In this document: positions 1 through 9,018 of the stretch, piece after piece
Layout: every line of letters starts with the position of its first letter
Position numbering within the stretch: the first letter of the stretch is position 1
Assembly (NCBI GenBank): GCA_963714975.1
Contig: CAVQQD010000001.1
Span: 352,001-416,000 of the forward strand
Direction: 5' to 3'
Source of the DNA: an uncultured Gammaproteobacteria bacterium
GTDB taxonomy: Bacteria > Pseudomonadota > Gammaproteobacteria > JAURND01
DNA: 64,000 nt
Made by a program: the position numbers and the translations under genes
The notes under the pieces: model-generated
What the model saw: the letters and a program-made list of their open reading frames with translations, nothing else
The model's database searches: none
Told to the model about the DNA's origin: nothing

Positions 1-835
1 TTTTCCTGATAACTTACAATTGACAGCTGATCTTGCCACTGCCATAACTACAGCAGAAGATCTCTTGATTGTGGTGCCAAGCTACGCCTTCCATGATTTG
101 TTACACAGCATAAAACCGTTTTGCTCGCCACAACATCGATTAGTTTGGGGTACCAAAGGATTTGCCAAAAATTCCCAACCCTTATTACACGACCAGGTTC
201 AAGAAATATTAGGTGATGTCATCACCGCAGCATTATCAGGCCCGAGCTTTGCAAAAGAAGTTGCTTTAGAAAAACCCACAGCGGCAGTGATCGCCACAAC
301 TTATCCGGCTTTTGGCCAAGCATTAAGTTCGCGATTCAGCAACCAATATTTTAGGATATACACGACGACGGATCTTATTGGGGTAGAAGTGTGTGGCGCT
401 GTAAAAAATGTGCTCGCCATAGCAGCCGGCGTTATTGATGCCTTGGACCTAGGATCCAATGCGCTCAGCGCTTTTATCACTCGTGGTTTGGCTGAAATGC
501 AACGTTTAGGCATAGCTCTGGGCGGAATCCCATCCACGTTTATGGGCTTAGCAGGCTTGGGTGATTTAGTGCTCACTTGTACAGATTATCAATCACGAAA
601 TCGCCGCTTTGGTGCAGCACTTGCTCTTGGGAAAACCCGAGAACAGGCTTTAGCCGCCATCGGGCAAGTAGTCGAAGGGTTAGAAAATCTAAAAGCAGTC
701 TATCAACTAGCGCAGGAAAAGGGAGTGGAAATGCCAATTATTCAGCAAATATACCAAGTCATCTATCACGATCTACCCGTACAAACCGCCATTCAAAATC
801 TGTTTTCTCGGCAACTACGAAGTGAGTTTGAATGA
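1..835 (+). CDS. gpsA: NAD(P)H-dependent glycerol-3-phosphate dehydrogenase (5' truncated by window edge)
   Basis: Motifs TKG, LSGPSFAKE, GAVKNVLAIAAG, GLGDLVLTC and SRNRRFG; the frame is open back to position 2. Confidence 0.95.
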   Translation, partial: FPDNLQLTADLATAITTAEDLLIVVPSYAFHDLLHSIKPFCSPQHRLVWGTKGFAKNSQPLLHDQVQEILGDVITAALSGPSFAKEVALEKPTAAVIATTYPAFGQALSSRFSNQYFRIYTTTDLIGVEVCGAVKNVLAIAAGVIDALDLGSNALSAFITRGLAEMQRLGIALGGIPSTFMGLAGLGDLVLTCTDYQSRNRRFGAALALGKTREQALAAIGQVVEGLENLKAVYQLAQEKGVEMPIIQQIYQVIYHDLPVQTAIQNLFSRQLRSEFE

Positions 836-853
836 AATTCCTACCTCGACATT

Positions 854-882
854 AATCCTTCTCCCCTTGTGGGAGAAGGATT
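854..882. repeat. REP-like hairpin, family E (CCTTCTCCC-N5-GGGAGAAGG), between convergent genes; possible terminator
   Basis: AATCCTTCTCCC CTTGT GGGAGAAGGATT. Related copies near 27996-28042, 42495-42549, 47839-47886, 52710-52731, 56088-56231 and 59138-59190. Confidence 0.75.
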
Positions 883-1685
883 TACGATTGCCGCGCCTGA
901 GCAATAAGCTCTTTCAATTTATCCCCACTTACAACACCAGGGGCAAACCCAACATTCTTAACCGTGCCACTGACATTGCTGGCGCCTGCTGTCCATTTGC
1001 CAACAATAAAAGTAGGGGTTCCCATCAAGCCTAATACTTGCGCCAATTTAAAGTTATCATCAACCTCTTTACGCACTGCTGCACTATTCATATCGTTGGA
1101 TAATTTATTCGTATCTAATCCCACAGATTTTGCTATTTCCATAACTTTATCTTTAGTAAGTGGATTAGGTGCTGCCATTAAGGCTTGATGAAATTTTACA
1201 TACTTATCTGTCCCTTGTTGCAACGAAGCGATTGCAGCAACCGCTGCATCTTTCGAAGTAGAGCCAAAAATAGGTAACTCTTTATAAACAATCCTCAAGT
1301 TAGGGTCATTAGCACTAATTTTTTCTAGGACAGGAGACATATCTTTGCAATGAGGGCATTGATAATCAAAAAACTCCACTACGGTAATATCCCCTTTAGG
1401 ATTGCCTACCACTGGACTGGTAGGACTTGCAAATAAAGCCTGAGCATTTTGCGCAATGGCCGCAAGTGCCTTGTGTTCTGCTTGTTGAATCTCTTGCTTT
1501 TGCAAAGCTTCAGAAGCTTCTACTAACACCTGGGGATTGGTTACTAAGTAGTCATGAACAATAGACTTTACTTGCGTTACCTGATCCTGGTTGAATGCTT
1601 CCGTACCCACTGTTGCTGCAGCCAGCGCACTCCCACAAACTACACTGCCGAGAAAACCAGAGAAGAGAAATTTTTTGACGTTCAC
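882..1685 (-). CDS. DsbA-family periplasmic oxidoreductase with N-terminal dimerisation helix (Com1/DsbA2-like)
   Basis: Signal peptide, VHDYLVTNPQVL, EFFDYQCPHC and GTPTF cis-Pro loop; GTG start at 1685 with AAGGA upstream. Confidence 0.85.
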   Translation of the reverse strand: MNVKKFLFSGFLGSVVCGSALAAATVGTEAFNQDQVTQVKSIVHDYLVTNPQVLVEASEALQKQEIQQAEHKALAAIAQNAQALFASPTSPVVGNPKGDITVVEFFDYQCPHCKDMSPVLEKISANDPNLRIVYKELPIFGSTSKDAAVAAIASLQQGTDKYVKFHQALMAAPNPLTKDKVMEIAKSVGLDTNKLSNDMNSAAVRKEVDDNFKLAQVLGLMGTPTFIVGKWTAGASNVSGTVKNVGFAPGVVSGDKLKELIAQARQS

Positions 1686-1781
1686 AGTAATATCCTTACA
1701 AGAAATGATTAGGGAGTGATAGGCTAACATGTCGAGGGAGCAAGTCAAGGTTTAAACCACGCTCCCTTACTGGAACAACAG

Positions 1782-1934
1782 CTAAATTTTCTCTTCTTTA
1801 TACTCAACGTGCTTACGGCTAATTGGATTAAACTTTTTGATTACCAGCTTGCCCGGTTTCGTACGTTTATTTTTGGTAGTGGTATAAAAATGCTTAGTAC
1901 CGTCGGTGGCTACTAATTTAATGATATCGCGCAT
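1782..1934 (-). CDS. rpmG: 50S ribosomal protein L33 (not in the ORF track)
   Basis: Manual translation [50 protein letters not shown]; directly downstream of rpmB. Confidence 0.95.
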   Translation of the reverse strand: MRDIIKLVATDGTKHFYTTTKNKRTKPGKLVIKKFNPISRKHVEYKEEKI

Positions 1935-1965
1935 ATGAATCTCGTCTATGTAAATTGTTAAAAAT

Positions 1966-2190
1966 CTATTCTTTGTCTAACTTTTTGAGAACTTCTTCGA
2001 TCCCAAGCTTATCGATTATCTTTATTCCCTTCGCAGAAACACGTAATTTCACAAATCGCCCTAACTCCTCAACCCAAAAGCGATGAGTTTGTAAGTTCGG
2101 TAAAAAACGTCGCTTCGTTTTATTATTGGCATGAGAAACGTTGTTCCCAACCCTGGGGGCCTTTTTAGTAATTTGACAAACGCGTGCCAT
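1966..2190 (-). CDS. rpmB: 50S ribosomal protein L28
   Basis: [34 protein letters not shown]. Confidence 0.97.
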   Translation of the reverse strand: MARVCQITKKAPRVGNNVSHANNKTKRRFLPNLQTHRFWVEELGRFVKLRVSAKGIKIIDKLGIEEVLKKLDKE

Positions 2191-2352
2191 AAGAAACACC
2201 TCTTTAAAATAAACCGCCTTTATATCAAAAGTTCATGCTTAGGACAAGCGATTTTTTCGTAGATTCGGAAAATATTTAGAGAAATTTAGGCTGTTTTGGG
2301 CTACAATACCGCTTTTATTTTTGTACATTCTACCCAATAAGGACAAAAAAAT

Positions 2353-3753
2353 ATGAGTTTTGTAAGAGCATTATTTCGCACTAAACCCTTGGATCAACAC
2401 CCTTTGAGAGATGCTACTCTTCGTCGTTATTTAAGCGCATTTGATTTAACTCTCATTGGGATAGGCGCCATCATTGGAGCGGGTATCTTCGTGTTAACCG
2501 GAGTTGCAGCGGCCACTCATGCGGGGCCTGCCATTATTTTTTCCTATGTCTTAGCTGGGTTAGCTTGTGCATTTAGTGCTTTTTCTTATGCAGAATTAGC
2601 ATCAAGTATTGGCGGCTGTGGCAGTGCGTACGGCTACTCTTACGCTGGTTTAGGTGAACTCATGGCCTGGCTTATCGGTTGGACTTTATTGCTTGAATAT
2701 GCCGTTGCGGCGGCCGCAGTGGCGATTGGCTGGTCCGGCTATGTTAAGGATGTGCTAATTGCCGCAGGAATAAATCCTCCTGCAGCACTTACTACCAATC
2801 CTTTTGAGGGAGGCATCATCAATATGCCGGCTATGTTCATCATACTCCTGATGACCTGGCTACTTTCTATGGGTATTAGAGAAAGCGTCCGTGTTAATAA
2901 GATCTTGGTTTTTATTAAACTCGCAGTGATTGCACTCTTCATTGGGATCGCTGCTTTCCATGTCGACGTTGCCACCAACTGGAGTAACTTTTGGCCTTTT
3001 GGCTGGGAGGGTATGGTAACCGGCGCCAGTCTAGTTTTCTTTGCCTATATTGGGTTTGATGCTGTTTCAACTGCTGCAGAAGAAGCTATCAACCCCCAAC
3101 GTGATCTCCCGAAAGGAATCATTGGTTCATTACTTATTTGCACCGTTGTGTATGTCATTGTTGCTGGCTTACTGACCTCTGCAGTCAATTATACTCATTT
3201 AAACGTAAGCTCCCCTATTAGCGAAGCCTTATTAAGGTTGGGATTCCGTCTGGGTAGTGCTGTGGTTGCCATTGGCGCCATTGCTGGCCTCACCACGGTT
3301 ATTCTGGTGATGTATTACGCGCTTACTCGTCTAATTCTCGCTATGTCACGAGACGGGTTATTTCCGCAAAAATTAGCAATGGTTAATCCAAACACGCAAA
3401 CGCCATTACGTATTATTGCCATCGCCGGTATCATAATCGCCTTGGTTGCAGGAACCACTCCTATCCAAAAGGTCGCTGCACTAGTCAATATCGGAACCTT
3501 AGCTGCTTTTACTTTAGTTTCAATTGGTGTGATAGTAATGCGCTGGACCAAACCAGACATGCCCCGTCCGTTTAAAACTCCCTTTACACCTTTAATGCCA
3601 GGTTTAGGAGTCCTACTTTGCCTCTATCTAATGAGTAGCTTGCCCAAAACAACCTGGTTCAGTTTTTTTACCTGGACCGTTATAGGTCTGTTTATTTACT
3701 TCGGATATGGACGATCCCGAAGCTTGTTAAACAAACCAACGCTCATGAAATAG
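2353..3753 (+). CDS. APC-family amino acid permease (cationic amino acid transporter-like)
   Basis: GIGAIIGAGIFVLTG, GSAYGYSY and FFAYIGFDAV motifs; about 12 TM segments. Confidence 0.92.
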   Translation: MSFVRALFRTKPLDQHPLRDATLRRYLSAFDLTLIGIGAIIGAGIFVLTGVAAATHAGPAIIFSYVLAGLACAFSAFSYAELASSIGGCGSAYGYSYAGLGELMAWLIGWTLLLEYAVAAAAVAIGWSGYVKDVLIAAGINPPAALTTNPFEGGIINMPAMFIILLMTWLLSMGIRESVRVNKILVFIKLAVIALFIGIAAFHVDVATNWSNFWPFGWEGMVTGASLVFFAYIGFDAVSTAAEEAINPQRDLPKGIIGSLLICTVVYVIVAGLLTSAVNYTHLNVSSPISEALLRLGFRLGSAVVAIGAIAGLTTVILVMYYALTRLILAMSRDGLFPQKLAMVNPNTQTPLRIIAIAGIIIALVAGTTPIQKVAALVNIGTLAAFTLVSIGVIVMRWTKPDMPRPFKTPFTPLMPGLGVLLCLYLMSSLPKTTWFSFFTWTVIGLFIYFGYGRSRSLLNKPTLMK

Positions 3754-3762
3754 GGGGTCTCT

Positions 3763-3795
3763 CTTAATATTTTGTTAACATATGCGTATTAAAAT
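3763..3795 (+). promoter_or_regulatory. PmrA-like direct-repeat box plus -10 hexamer
   Basis: CTTAATATT-TT-GTTAACATA (3763-3782), 7 nt, TAAAAT (3790-3795). Confidence 0.7.
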
Positions 3796-3828
3796 AGTTC
3801 TAACTTTAATATATCTTAGGAGAAGAGC

Positions 3829-4104
3829 ATGAATGATTGGCCCACTCAAAATCAAGATATGGAAATTGCTACATCAATTGTAAGCAAATATTTGGAACAA
3901 AATGAAGGGGAGCCCCTGGGCTTTTTAGAGCTCATCGTTTATCGCAATAGGGAAGCTGAAAAAAACCGAGTAGAACTAAAAATGCCCGAATGGATTGTGG
4001 AATTGCACTCCCATTTTCGTGATCAGTATGGCTATGAACATGGGCACGCAGTGACCAGCAAAGTGTTGACAAAATTTTTGTTGCGCGATGAGGTGGTCCA
4101 CTAG
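3829..4104 (+). CDS. Hypothetical 91-aa cytoplasmic protein
   Basis: Good SD (AGGAG), own promoter, plausible globular composition; family not recognised with confidence. Confidence 0.75.
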   Translation: MNDWPTQNQDMEIATSIVSKYLEQNEGEPLGFLELIVYRNREAEKNRVELKMPEWIVELHSHFRDQYGYEHGHAVTSKVLTKFLLRDEVVH

Positions 4105-4149
4105 TCACCTCCTTCGGCTTGTGCCAACTGATGGTTGCCCCCCCCAGCT

Positions 4150-4400
4150 CATAATTATATTCTAAGTTACTATAATAAATATAATAAGAATAATATTTTA
4201 TATAGTAGTTATTGGGCTTGCTATTTCTTGTTTATATCTTTAGATTTAATAACAATCTCAAGGAGTTAACAAAGCTATTAGTATGTGTTTAATTTGAATT
4301 TGTCTTGTGTATAACTTGTGAAAAAAATCCCTGCCTTTTTTATACCTTAATATACCCACGGGTTATTCACAGGTAAAGATCATCATTATCACACTTAAAA
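4150..4400. other. Probable chromosomal replication origin oriC
   Basis: Very AT-rich tract 4150-4213 with TAA/TAG trinucleotide runs. DnaA boxes TGTGTATAA (4306-4314), TGTGAAAAA (4317-4325) and TTATTCACA (4363-4371), plus weaker TGTGTTTAA (4284-4292) and ATACCCACG (4352-4360). Confidence 0.7.
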
Positions 4401-4430
4401 GTAGCAATAAAGTCTCCGGCCTAAAGGCCT

Positions 4431-4499
4431 GGGTGATGCGTGGGGAAACCACGCCGCGCGCAGCGTGCGAGCACGGCGGGTAACCGAGCGGCAGGACCC
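4431..4499 (-). repeat. GC-rich structured repeat, family A (core only, reverse orientation)
   Basis: Reverse complement contains GGGTCCTGCCGC...ACCCGCCGTGCTCGCACGCTGCGCGCGGCGT, shared with 11810 and 26083. Confidence 0.8.
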
Positions 4500-4632
4500 C
4501 GAAGGCGTTGCGTCTGCCCTGAAGGTCCCCAACAAAGTTATGGGAACCAGCTAATTTTCCTGCTACTATTACCTCAGCGATTCCTGCCGTAAGGAATCTG
4601 GAACTTTTAGTTATTTAATTGGAGTGAACCCG

Positions 4633-5070
4633 ATGACGGAATATAACCATATTTTGCTTGCTGTTGAGTTGGAAACAGGCTGTGATGACCCTCCAGTGAA
4701 AAGGGCGCTTGAACTAAGCAGGGAATTTAATGCAAAACTAACGATGATTCATGCGGTAGAGCATATGAGCAGTTATGGTGCTGCTTATGGTATAGCAGCA
4801 GGTGCCGATATTGAAGAAATGTTGCTGAAAAATGCTAAAGAAGCAATGACAAAGTTAGGACAGCGTTACAACATTTCCGAAGCTCAGCAAATTATTAAAG
4901 TAGGGCCAGCCAAGTTGGTTATCTTAGAGCAGGCGGAAGAGTTGGCGGCTGATCTGATTATCGTAGGTAGTCACGGTCGGCATGGGGTACGACTATTATT
5001 AGGCTCCACTGCAAATGCGATTCTACACGGTTCTAAATGTGATGTTTTGGCTGTGAGAATCACGGAATAG
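4633..5070 (+). CDS. uspA: Universal stress protein
   Basis: YNHILLAVEL, IIVGSHGRHGVRLLLGSTANAIL and CDVLAVR motifs. Confidence 0.92.
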   Translation: MTEYNHILLAVELETGCDDPPVKRALELSREFNAKLTMIHAVEHMSSYGAAYGIAAGADIEEMLLKNAKEAMTKLGQRYNISEAQQIIKVGPAKLVILEQAEELAADLIIVGSHGRHGVRLLLGSTANAILHGSKCDVLAVRITE

Positions 5071-5074
5071 GTAC

Positions 5075-5905
5075 TTAGAACCAATTACTTAAAGCAACCC
5101 CCACGCCAATACTATTGGTATAGTGATTGTATTCAATCAGGCTTTGTCCGAAGCCGCTAAAGAGTTGTACATAGCCACTGAAGTGTGAAATTAAGGGGAA
5201 ACTCCAGGTAAGCTCAGTGGCTCCGCGTTTAAAACCACTTTCAAATGTATTGCGTAGTTCAGCTGAAAATACTTGTTCACGATAGTTATAACTAATTAAA
5301 ATCCTCTCATAGCCAAGGAAGTTGGCAATGTTAGGATTGTAAGCATTCAGCATGGTATTGGGGATGGGATACCAGGCTTTAATGCTAATCAACCAATTTG
5401 GTTTTCTCCAGATACTTTCTAAATACACTCTATCCCAACCATGCTCCAGCTCTCCCCCTCTCCCGTTGGATTGGTGAGAGGCTCCTAGATTAATTGAACT
5501 AATTTTCCAATTCCGTATAAATTTTAAATTGAGATTATTAGAGAAAAAAAACTCAGGTTCATAATTGGTTTCTCTAAAGAAGGCGGATTTATTATACGCT
5601 TGCCAATAGGAAAGCTGGCTATAAGCGATGTATAAACTGGTGGGATGGTTCATGATGTTTTCCCACACTGGCACTTTAAAACTGAGCTGATATTTTATCT
5701 CGTAGGGCTGCAGGGATTGATTTTCCGGGGTGTGATTCTCGTACACTTCGTGATCGGGAAATTGAGTGTAATAAAAAGGTAAGACATAAGTGGGCTTGTA
5801 GAAACTAAGGGAAAATAAAGAAGATTTTCCAAAAACTGTATTGTTTCCCTGCCCTGAGTTGGTAAGTAGCAGGGCAAGCAAAACGCAGTATCTTTTTTTT
5901 ATCAT
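5075..5905 (-). CDS. pldA: Outer membrane phospholipase A
   Basis: KYQLSFK, FRETNYEPE, catalytic HQSNG, GFGQSLIEYN and C-terminal Phe. Confidence 0.92.
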   Translation of the reverse strand: MIKKRYCVLLALLLTNSGQGNNTVFGKSSLFSLSFYKPTYVLPFYYTQFPDHEVYENHTPENQSLQPYEIKYQLSFKVPVWENIMNHPTSLYIAYSQLSYWQAYNKSAFFRETNYEPEFFFSNNLNLKFIRNWKISSINLGASHQSNGRGGELEHGWDRVYLESIWRKPNWLISIKAWYPIPNTMLNAYNPNIANFLGYERILISYNYREQVFSAELRNTFESGFKRGATELTWSFPLISHFSGYVQLFSGFGQSLIEYNHYTNSIGVGVALSNWF

Positions 5906-5992
5906 AAGGGTGGCCTTGGCATAGCAAGCGAAACAAGCTTGCTATGATACCCAAGGATGCCCGATACTAGAATGGTTTTTTGAATTTTAGTC

Positions 5993-6046
5993 GTAACCGT
6001 TCAGTTTTTGCCAACTATGCTAACTTTGGCTGTGGTGAATAGTTAC
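5993..6046. mobile_element. 54-bp mini-element with IS66-like terminal inverted repeats
   Basis: GTAACCGTTCAG ... GGTGAATAGTTAC; the ends resemble the GTAACCGTTCACC ends at 15978/19003; no target duplication visible. Confidence 0.5.
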
Positions 6047-6174
6047 TCTTTCGGAGGGACCGTGGATTGTTTGTTTAAATAGCGGTCACGACAAATAGCA
6101 GCAGCCCTAAAATTGCCTGAGTTAAGATAGATGAGAATTTCTTCTTGAACTGATTTGGGAAGATTCGCAAGCAT
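6043..6174 (-). CDS. Small 43-aa protein (not in the ORF track)
   Basis: MLANLPKSVQEEILIYLNSGNFRAAAICRDRYLNKQSTVPPKE*; GAGGT SD 8 nt upstream. Confidence 0.5.
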   Translation of the reverse strand: MLANLPKSVQEEILIYLNSGNFRAAAICRDRYLNKQSTVPPKE

Positions 6175-6274
6175 GGTAACATACCTCTTTCTGAACGGAT
6201 GTATATTTCATCATAGGTAATAGAGGAATAATGTAGTCCTTTCACTGAATATTGGTTTTTTAGCGAGGTATGAA

Positions 6275-6952
6275 ATGGTTAAAAAAGCTGTTGTATTGCT
6301 ATCAGGGGGATTAGATTCTAGTACCTGTTTAGCCTTGGCCATGTCCCAGGGGTTTGAGTGTCATGCTCTTTCTTTTTGTTATCAACAAAGAAATAAGATT
6401 GAACTTGAAGCTGCTAAAGAAATAGCACTGCACTTAGCAGTCCGTTCTCATCAAGTCATTGAATTACCGAATATTACCTTCCAAGGTTCAGCTATGACTG
6501 ATCCACAGATCGCGGTTCCTGCTTATCAGGGTGGCACTGCAATACCCGTTACCTATGTACCTGCCAGAAACACGGTTTTTTTATCCTTTGCTTTGGGATT
6601 AGCAGAAAGCTTGGAGGCTACGGATATTTTTACAGGAGTATGTTCAGTTGACTATCCAGGATATGTGGATTGTCGGCCAGAATATATTGCAGCCTTTCAA
6701 CAGCTCGCTAATTTAGCGACCAAGGCTAGCGTGGAAGGCAAGAAAATACACATTAACGCCCCTCTTGTCCTTTTATCCAAAGCAGAAACCATCCAGTTGG
6801 GTAGCAAACTAGGGCTGGATTACAGTAGGACAGTCTCTTGTTATCAAGCCGATGCCGAGGGCAGAGCTTGTGGGAAGTGCGACAGCTGCCATTACCGCCG
6901 GAAAGGATTTATTGAAGCAGGGATACCTGATCCAACACGTTATGTGGAATGA
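6275..6952 (+). CDS. queC: 7-cyano-7-deazaguanine synthase
   Basis: [24 protein letters not shown] and SCY...CGKCDSC motifs. Confidence 0.95.
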   Translation: MVKKAVVLLSGGLDSSTCLALAMSQGFECHALSFCYQQRNKIELEAAKEIALHLAVRSHQVIELPNITFQGSAMTDPQIAVPAYQGGTAIPVTYVPARNTVFLSFALGLAESLEATDIFTGVCSVDYPGYVDCRPEYIAAFQQLANLATKASVEGKKIHINAPLVLLSKAETIQLGSKLGLDYSRTVSCYQADAEGRACGKCDSCHYRRKGFIEAGIPDPTRYVE

Positions 6953-6985
6953 CTTGTGCTGTAGCTGCTTGCCCCGAAGTGGGAT

Positions 6986-7186
6986 CCGAATTGGTATAGC
7001 GTCAGCAACAACGCTCCGCGCTCGTAGCTTTAAGAGGCTAGGGTTAAGATTGCTCGCTCCGTGGTACATCCCTGTACCATCCCGCTATCATCCTGATACC
7101 TAGTCGCGAGCAATCCTTAACCCTAGCCTCTTAAAGCTACGAGCGCGGAGCGTTGTTGCTGACGCTATACCAATTCGGCTTGTGCC
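6986..7186. repeat. Long palindromic element, family B, copy 1
   Basis: Arms 6986-7057 and 7106-7178 (one bulge) around a 48-nt loop; ends in TTCGGCTTGTGCCA. Confidence 0.9.
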
Positions 7187-7204
7187 ACCCCTTGCATGTG
7201 ACCA

Positions 7205-7939
7205 CTAAGGGGCAAAGGAATAATATGCTATCCAGCCGCGTTTACAACATTGCGGTAACAGACTGCAGCCTGGACCAATTTCGGCCAATGTGCATCCTGA
7301 AGTGAGGGCTTGCAACAACTCCCATTCAGATTCACTCAGGACGTCCATACGAGTATCCAAGTTCTGTCGCCACACCAATAACTTTACCCCACCACTAAAC
7401 AAATCAATTTCTGTTTCATTGGTATAGTTAAGTTGATTTGAAGCCCAAATGCGATGGATCGGATATTTTGAGGCAATTAAACTACTGTTAGTAGGTAATT
7501 GGAAACGAAGTTTAGGGTATTCCGCTTCATTGAGTAAAGATAAGGAATGAATATCAAGAGACGTGGAATCAGGTCCATGTAGAGTGCTGTGCCAAGCCCA
7601 CTCTAATTGGGCCACATCACCCAAGTAGATCAAAGACTTGGCGAGTGCAAAATCAGCAACAAAAGCTGGGAAAGTGGAGCCATAGTCATTGAGGTTAGGA
7701 GAAGAAGAAGGGGTTTGTTCTACATAGTGCCGTGCCATGGCCTTGAAAAAATCCTCGCCTACTAGCTTTTGGCAAACTTCATACCTATCTCCTAATGCAT
7801 TAATCAAGGACAGTGAATAGCTATCTCGATAAATGGCGATGCGTTGTTTCGCTGATAAGGGAGAGGCATTACGGATGAAGGTGGGTGAGTTATCCTCAAT
7901 GAGGGCTCGAATAAATTGCTTTTGTAAAGTTTTAAGCAT
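7205..7939 (-). CDS. DUF2063 / BufC-type RiPP maturation partner
   Basis: LQKQFIRAL, RIAIYRDSY, LVGEDFF, DYGSTFP and DVAQLEWA motifs; downstream of the DUF692 gene. Confidence 0.85.
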   Translation of the reverse strand: MLKTLQKQFIRALIEDNSPTFIRNASPLSAKQRIAIYRDSYSLSLINALGDRYEVCQKLVGEDFFKAMARHYVEQTPSSSPNLNDYGSTFPAFVADFALAKSLIYLGDVAQLEWAWHSTLHGPDSTSLDIHSLSLLNEAEYPKLRFQLPTNSSLIASKYPIHRIWASNQLNYTNETEIDLFSGGVKLLVWRQNLDTRMDVLSESEWELLQALTSGCTLAEIGPGCSLLPQCCKRGWIAYYSFAP

Positions 7940-7997
7940 AGTAATTCCTCACTTTCATGTCCTATGATTTGGGCGGGTATCTATACTGAGACGATGC

Positions 7998-8184
7998 TTG
8001 GCACAAGCCGAAGGGAGACGGACGTGCAACTCGCCGTGCTCGTAGTTTCAGGAAGCTAGCTTGGGATTGCTCGCGACTAGGTATCAGGATGATAGCGGGA
8101 TGGTACAGGGATGTACCACGGAGCGAGCAATCCCAAGCTAGCTTCCTGAAACTACGAGCACGGCGAGTTGCACGTCCGTCTCCC
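7998..8184. repeat. Long palindromic element, family B, copy 2 (loop inverted relative to copy 1)
   Basis: Perfect 62-bp arms 8013-8074 and 8123-8184; loop 8075-8122 is the exact reverse complement of 7058-7105; preceded by TGGCACAAGCCGAA. Confidence 0.9.
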
Positions 8185-8205
8185 CAGAGGCGAGTATCGG
8201 TTGGC

Positions 8206-9018
8206 TCAAGCATAACAGAGCTCTTCGGCTTTTTGGGCCTCGTTAAATAGGATAGGAAATTCGGGGATGTTGTTGTCCCATTCGATGGCGAGGGGGATGG
8301 GGCCAAAATAAGTCATCGCGCGCTGAGTTAAGCTCCAGACTGCGTCACTTACTGGTGCACCATGGGTATCTAATAAGTGGGTTTGCTGGTCCTGGTAGCC
8401 TGCTAGATGCAATTGCTTTACGCGCTTAGGGTTCAGGCCCAGGAGATATGCTTGGGCATCAAATTCATGGTTTCTACTATTCACGTAAATATTGTTGATA
8501 TCTAACAAAATAAAGCAATCTGCTGCTGCAGCGACCGCATTTAGAAATTCCCATTCCGTTCTATCAGATGCCGTGTAAGTTAAATAGCTAGAGACATTTT
8601 CAAGCAAAATTTGTTGGCCCAGGTAATCCTGTACTTGCCGAATACGCGTGGCGACGTGATTTACCGCTTCAGTCGTATATGGTAAGGGAAATAGCTCATG
8701 AAAATGCTGATTTTGCCAAGAAGTCCAGCACAGATGATCTGAAATGTAGCTGGGAGCAAACCTCAGCATAAGCTGCTTCAATTGTGCTAGATAATCATAA
8801 TTAAGTGGATCGGTGGATCCAATGGACATTCCAACCCCGTGGAAGGTTATGGGGTAATGATTGCGTATTTGCGAAAGACGCTCTAATACCATCCCACCTT
8901 TCACCATATAATTCTCGGTGAGAACCTCAAACCAAGGGACGGGAGGCAAATGCTCAAGGATATAAGAATAATGAATGGCGCGCAGCCCAAGCCCCGCGCC
9001 ATAGATAGCAGATGGCAT
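8206..9018 (-). CDS. MNIO (DUF692) bufferin maturase
   Basis: GLGLR..HY, WFEVLTENYM, HGVGMSIGS, SDHLCW, LENVSSY, LLDINNIYVN, HLAG and EWD motifs. Confidence 0.92.
   Translation of the reverse strand: MPSAIYGAGLGLRAIHYSYILEHLPPVPWFEVLTENYMVKGGMVLERLSQIRNHYPITFHGVGMSIGSTDPLNYDYLAQLKQLMLRFAPSYISDHLCWTSWQNQHFHELFPLPYTTEAVNHVATRIRQVQDYLGQQILLENVSSYLTYTASDRTEWEFLNAVAAAADCFILLDINNIYVNSRNHEFDAQAYLLGLNPKRVKQLHLAGYQDQQTHLLDTHGAPVSDAVWSLTQRAMTYFGPIPLAIEWDNNIPEFPILFNEAQKAEELCYA

Noticed and set aside
6191-6202. CTGAACGG as a partner IS end enclosing the 43-aa ORF
   Set aside because: Only 8 bp match, the terminal TTAC is missing and there is no target duplication; the end at 6046 is a better partner.
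6809-8306. ORFs 6809-7069, 6852-7103 and 7962-8306 as real genes
   Set aside because: They consist mostly of family B palindrome sequence and overlap queC or the MNIO gene; open frames are expected in such GC-rich repeats.
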